Below, one piece after another: positions 60,540 to 64,000 of a stretch of DNA of 64,000 nt (positions are counted from its first letter, which is position 1; each line of letters begins with the position of its first letter). This stretch comes from Candidatus Latescibacterota bacterium (GTDB lineage Bacteria > Latescibacterota > UBA2968). The stretch spans positions 4,928,001 to 4,992,000 of the forward strand of contig OZ242311.1 in the NCBI GenBank assembly GCA_965207885.1, in the 5' to 3' direction. The position numbers were made by a program, and so were the translations under genes. Under the pieces are notes generated by a model. It worked only from the letters and a program-made list of their open reading frames with translations. It did not search any database and had not been told where the DNA came from.

Positions 60540-61073
60540 TTGGAGCCGGATACTGGATTAAACCACTCCAGCACAGGCTTTGTCACGGTTGGCAAAATCA
60601 TGAAACCCCGGGGCATTCGGGGTGAAGCTTTTTTGCTACCGCTGACCGATTTTCCACAACGATTTGACGACTTGGACTCTGTGCGCGTTGAAGCGCCCGA
60701 TGGCACATATTCTGCATTAAACGTGGCTTATGTACGCGCTTATGGTTCGCGCCTGGCAATCAAATTTCAAGACATTGACACCCCTGAACATGTGGGACGA
60801 TTGCGCGAACACTTTATTTTGGTACCCCGCGATGCCGTGCATCCCTTACCCGACGATTCGTTTTACGTTTTTGAACTCGAGGGACTGCCAGTTGAAACAG
60901 CATCGGGCACCATGGTGGGACATGTCGTAGAAGTCCTGTCGTATCCGGCCAACGATGTGTATGTGGTGGATCGCAACGGCGAAGACGTATTGATCCCGGC
61001 CGTGCGCGAGATTGTCCACGTGGATCAAAAAGCCGGAAAAATTATCGTGCAGGAAATCGAAGGGCTTTTGTAG
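60540..61073 (+). CDS. rimM: ribosome maturation factor RimM
   Basis: GKI..PRGIRGE, FY..ELEG, ANDVYV, LIPAV. Confidence 0.95.
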   Translation: MEPDTGLNHSSTGFVTVGKIMKPRGIRGEAFLLPLTDFPQRFDDLDSVRVEAPDGTYSALNVAYVRAYGSRLAIKFQDIDTPEHVGRLREHFILVPRDAVHPLPDDSFYVFELEGLPVETASGTMVGHVVEVLSYPANDVYVVDRNGEDVLIPAVREIVHVDQKAGKIIVQEIEGLL

Positions 61074-61087
61074 GACGACCATCTGTG

Positions 61088-61753
61088 ATGCGAATAGACG
61101 TAATCACAATTTTTCCCGATCTGATTCGGGATGTGCTGAAATACAGTATCCCGCGACGCGCCATTGATGCGGGATTGATCGACATTTTGGCGCACGACCT
61201 TCGAGACCACGCAGACGACAAACACAAAACAATCGACGATACGCCTTATGGCGGCGGTGCGGGGATGATCTTCAAACCCGAACCCATTGCACGCGCGATA
61301 GAAGCACTCCCCACAGGTGGCCGCGTGATTTTTCTCACGCCTCAAGGACGGCTATTTACGCAATCTGTGGCCAATGAATTGTCTTTGTCAGACCATCTCG
61401 TATTGTTGTGCGGACACTATCGCGGCATTGATGAGCGCGTCCGCGAAAACTATGTCGATGATGAAATTTCAATTGGTGATTACGTGCTCAGCGGCGGCGA
61501 ATTGCCCGCCCTCATTTTGATTGATGCATTGATCCGGTTAATTCCCGGCGCCATTGGCAATGCCGAGTCAGCACTTGAAGACTCGTTTCAAAATGGCCTG
61601 TTGGATTGTGCGTGGTACACGCGACCTCGTGAATTTGAAGGCTTAACCGTGCCAGAGGCGTTACTTAGCGGAGATCACAAAAAAGTCGCCCAATGGCGGC
61701 GAGACAACGCGCGACAACGCACGCTTGAGCGACGCCCCGATTTGTTGGAATAA
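61088..61753 (+). CDS. trmD: tRNA (guanine-N1) methyltransferase
   Basis: DDTPYGGGAGM, CGHYRGIDER, SIGDYVLSGGE. Confidence 0.98.
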   Translation: MRIDVITIFPDLIRDVLKYSIPRRAIDAGLIDILAHDLRDHADDKHKTIDDTPYGGGAGMIFKPEPIARAIEALPTGGRVIFLTPQGRLFTQSVANELSLSDHLVLLCGHYRGIDERVRENYVDDEISIGDYVLSGGELPALILIDALIRLIPGAIGNAESALEDSFQNGLLDCAWYTRPREFEGLTVPEALLSGDHKKVAQWRRDNARQRTLERRPDLLE

Positions 61754-61797
61754 CCAACTTTGTTTGAACTTTCATTTTTTTCAGGAGTATGTAAATC

Positions 61798-62145
61798 ATG
61801 GATGCTATTTTGAAATCTGTTTCCGAAGCACAACTGCGCGATGATGTGCCCGAGTTTGAAGCTGGCGATACCGTGCGCGTACACGTCCGCGTGGTAGAAG
61901 GAGAAAAAGAACGCATCCAGCTTTTTGAGGGTGTGGTCATCCAGCGCCGAGGACCGGGTATTCACGCGACATTTACAGTTCGCAAAATTAGCACGGGTGG
62001 CGTTGGGGTAGAGCGCATCTTTCCACTGCACACGCCTCGCATAGCCAAAATTGAAGTACTGCGTCGCGGTAAAGTGCGGCGATCAAAAATTTTTTACCTG
62101 CGCGATCTACGCGGTCGTGCTGCCCGCATTACAGAACGTCGATAG
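61798..62145 (+). CDS. rplS: 50S ribosomal protein L19
   Basis: [31 protein letters not shown]. Confidence 0.98.
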   Translation: MDAILKSVSEAQLRDDVPEFEAGDTVRVHVRVVEGEKERIQLFEGVVIQRRGPGIHATFTVRKISTGGVGVERIFPLHTPRIAKIEVLRRGKVRRSKIFYLRDLRGRAARITERR

Positions 62146-62155
62146 GAATTCTATT

Positions 62156-62416
62156 ATGCCTCCTCGCCGAGCGCGACAACGCCACACCCCCAAACCCCGG
62201 CCAAAGTTGCCCTATTCAGAACGGAATATGTGGCTTTTTGGGCTTGGGCTTGCCACCATTGCACTGGGCTATGTTTTTCTCTCGCTACCGCCAGTCGATG
62301 GATTTATGTCGCTCACGCTTGCCCCGCTGCTGCTCGTACTCGGTTACTGCGTATTGATCCCAATAGCCCTGCTCAGTGGCAATAAAAAAGATGAGCCATC
62401 AACCGATGTGAGATAG
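62156..62416 (+). CDS. small 2-TM protein (DUF3098-like)
   Basis: Basic N-terminus, N..LFGLGL..IALGY, SLTLAPLLLVLGY. Confidence 0.75.
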   Translation: MPPRRARQRHTPKPRPKLPYSERNMWLFGLGLATIALGYVFLSLPPVDGFMSLTLAPLLLVLGYCVLIPIALLSGNKKDEPSTDVR

Positions 62417-62431
62417 GTTTAAACATTATCC

Positions 62432-62508
62432 GGGCGGTTAGCTCAGTTGGTTAGAGCGCCTGCCTTACAAGCAGGAGGTCACTGGTTCGAATCCAGTATC
62501 GCCCACCA
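62432..62508 (+). tRNA. tRNA-Val(TAC)
   Basis: Cloverleaf, anticodon arm CCTGC-CTTACAA-GCAGG, GGTTCGAATCC T-loop, encoded CCA. Confidence 0.98.
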
Positions 62509-62515
62509 TAAACTT

Positions 62516-62550
62516 AAAAAAGGCTTGCAAGAATTCTTGTAAGCCTTTTT
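62516..62550 (+). terminator. intrinsic terminator after the tRNA
   Basis: AAAAAGGCTTGCAAG-AATT-CTTGTAAGCCTTTTT. Confidence 0.85.
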
Positions 62551-62667
62551 GTGTTTCGAAAATGAACAGGGAGGGATTACGTCAACCTTGATTTTTCATT
62601 ATAAGAAACTAAATTGAAACATCGCGAGTAATCTGCATTCCTTTCCGTCTTTTGAATTGAGGACCCC

Positions 62668-63819
62668 ATGAAAATTACAGACATCGAAGTCATCACATTC
62701 CGAGTGCCAGGCGGCAGGTCTCGACCGAGTAAGTGGGGCTACGGCATCTGGGGAGAAGAGCAAAAAGAATCGGCAAGCTCGATCTTCAAAATCGTAACAG
62801 ATGAGGGTCTCGAAGGATATATGGTCGGTGGCGATCGGCAATATCTCGAAGGTCCAATCAAGCGCATGTTGATCGGTGAAGATCCTCTTGCGCGTGAAAA
62901 AATCTGGAACTGGATGGACCAGTTGGTCACCTTCGGTCATTCATTGCCAGAGCATGTTATGGGCGCAGTCGATTGCGCCCTTTGGGACCTGCTGGGCAGA
63001 ATGGTTGACCTGCCCGTACACAAGATCCTCGGCGGTGCGCGCGACAAAGTAAAAGCTTATGCCAGCACGTATCCAAACATCGGCAAACCCGAAGACTATG
63101 CCGAACATGCACTCGAATGCAAAAAACAGGGATACAAAGCATACAAAGTTCACGCGTACATCTGCTGGAACCCACACACCTGGGAACCTGCCCCACAGGT
63201 ACCCGGATTTCCCAAAGAAGACATAGAAGTATGCAAAGCCGTTCGCGAAGCCGTCGGCGACGACATGGTCTTGATGTTAGACCCCTTTGGCGTTTACACT
63301 TTAGAGCAATCGCTGTGGGTCGGTCGCGAACTGGAAAAACTGAATTACTACTGGCTGGAACATCCCATGGTCGAAACGCGAACAGAAGCATACCGACGAT
63401 TGACCCGCGAACTGGACATCGCCATACTCTCGCCAGAACACATTCCCGGCGGCGTCTTTACACGCGCCGAATGGGTGCTCCAGGGCGCATCTGACATGCT
63501 GCGCATCGATCAAAACTATGGCGGCATCACGGGATGCTACAAAATGGTCAACGTGGCACAGGCCTTCGGCATTCAGTGTGAAATGCACTATGGCGGATGG
63601 GCAAACATGCAAATCCTGGGCGCAACAACAGAAGCAACTTGTGAATACTATGAACGCGGCCTCTTGCGTCCCGACTTCGACTACGAAACCCCACCCCCCT
63701 ATTTGAATTCCATTGTAGATCCCATAGATGATGACGGCAATGTCATCCTCCCCCAGCTACCAGGTCTGGGATTTGATTTCAACTGGGACTATATTAACGA
63801 CAATCTGGTTGACCCATAA
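62668..63819 (+). CDS. enolase superfamily (mandelate racemase-like) enzyme
   Basis: MKITDIEV, DCALWDL.G, YKAYKVH, MLDP, WLEHP, PGLG. Confidence 0.92.
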   Translation: MKITDIEVITFRVPGGRSRPSKWGYGIWGEEQKESASSIFKIVTDEGLEGYMVGGDRQYLEGPIKRMLIGEDPLAREKIWNWMDQLVTFGHSLPEHVMGAVDCALWDLLGRMVDLPVHKILGGARDKVKAYASTYPNIGKPEDYAEHALECKKQGYKAYKVHAYICWNPHTWEPAPQVPGFPKEDIEVCKAVREAVGDDMVLMLDPFGVYTLEQSLWVGRELEKLNYYWLEHPMVETRTEAYRRLTRELDIAILSPEHIPGGVFTRAEWVLQGASDMLRIDQNYGGITGCYKMVNVAQAFGIQCEMHYGGWANMQILGATTEATCEYYERGLLRPDFDYETPPPYLNSIVDPIDDDGNVILPQLPGLGFDFNWDYINDNLVDP

Positions 63820-63869
63820 CAGAACATTGGCCACCAGAACCAGGAGGACGATAGAAAAGGAGACCAGCT

Positions 63870-64000
63870 ATGGCCAGAATACTTGAGGAAGATGCAAGCG
63901 GCGCTGTCGTCTATCAGATCACCGACGACCCACTCGAAAAATCCAATATTTACTGCGAACAGCCCTACTGTTCGGCGGACTCCCGGGTTTTTGTGTACGA
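63870..64000 (+). CDS. partial gene, possibly an oligogalacturonate-lyase-like propeller
   Basis: AAGGAG RBS; SGAVVYQITD..SNIYCEQPYCSADSR. Confidence 0.55.
   Translation, partial: MARILEEDASGAVVYQITDDPLEKSNIYCEQPYCSADSRVFVY

Noticed and set aside
62432-62508. tRNA-Val as an island integration site
   Set aside because: No integrase and no duplicated tRNA 3' end in the window; a normal terminator follows

Overview
Bacterial chromosomal window, probably from an FCB-group, catabolically rich organism such as a Latescibacterota/Gemmatimonadota-like lineage (inferred from a Bacteroidetes-style TonB, a PorV-like barrel, and many sulfatases, AKRs and PhyH enzymes). 1-31 kb holds catabolic and transport genes plus an unusual secreted fusion of a metal-site-degenerate 5'-nucleotidase fold, a tetraheme cytochrome c and thioredoxin-like domains, next to lepB. 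31.4-44.8 kb is a rearranged accessory zone. It contains a 1,844-bp tandem duplication of a two-domain PhyH-family gene and a tnpA-less IS200/IS605 element (35118-36617, intact tnpB) whose empty target site is preserved in the sister repeat (TAM TTTAT). It also contains an IS3 element without a target duplication between two 5'-truncated genes, an HsdS remnant, frameshifted sbcD plus sbcC, a duplicated MFS 3' end, a solo IS3 end, and a small-ORF/membrane-protein pair. 44.8-64 kb holds an MFS, an aldolase, an NHL protein, a heterodimeric ABC exporter, hrpA, a PASTA protein, rpe, ffh-rpsP-rimM-trmD-rplS, tRNA-Val(TAC) and an enolase-superfamily enzyme. No CRISPR array was seen. All calls come from motif reading by eye; no searches were run.
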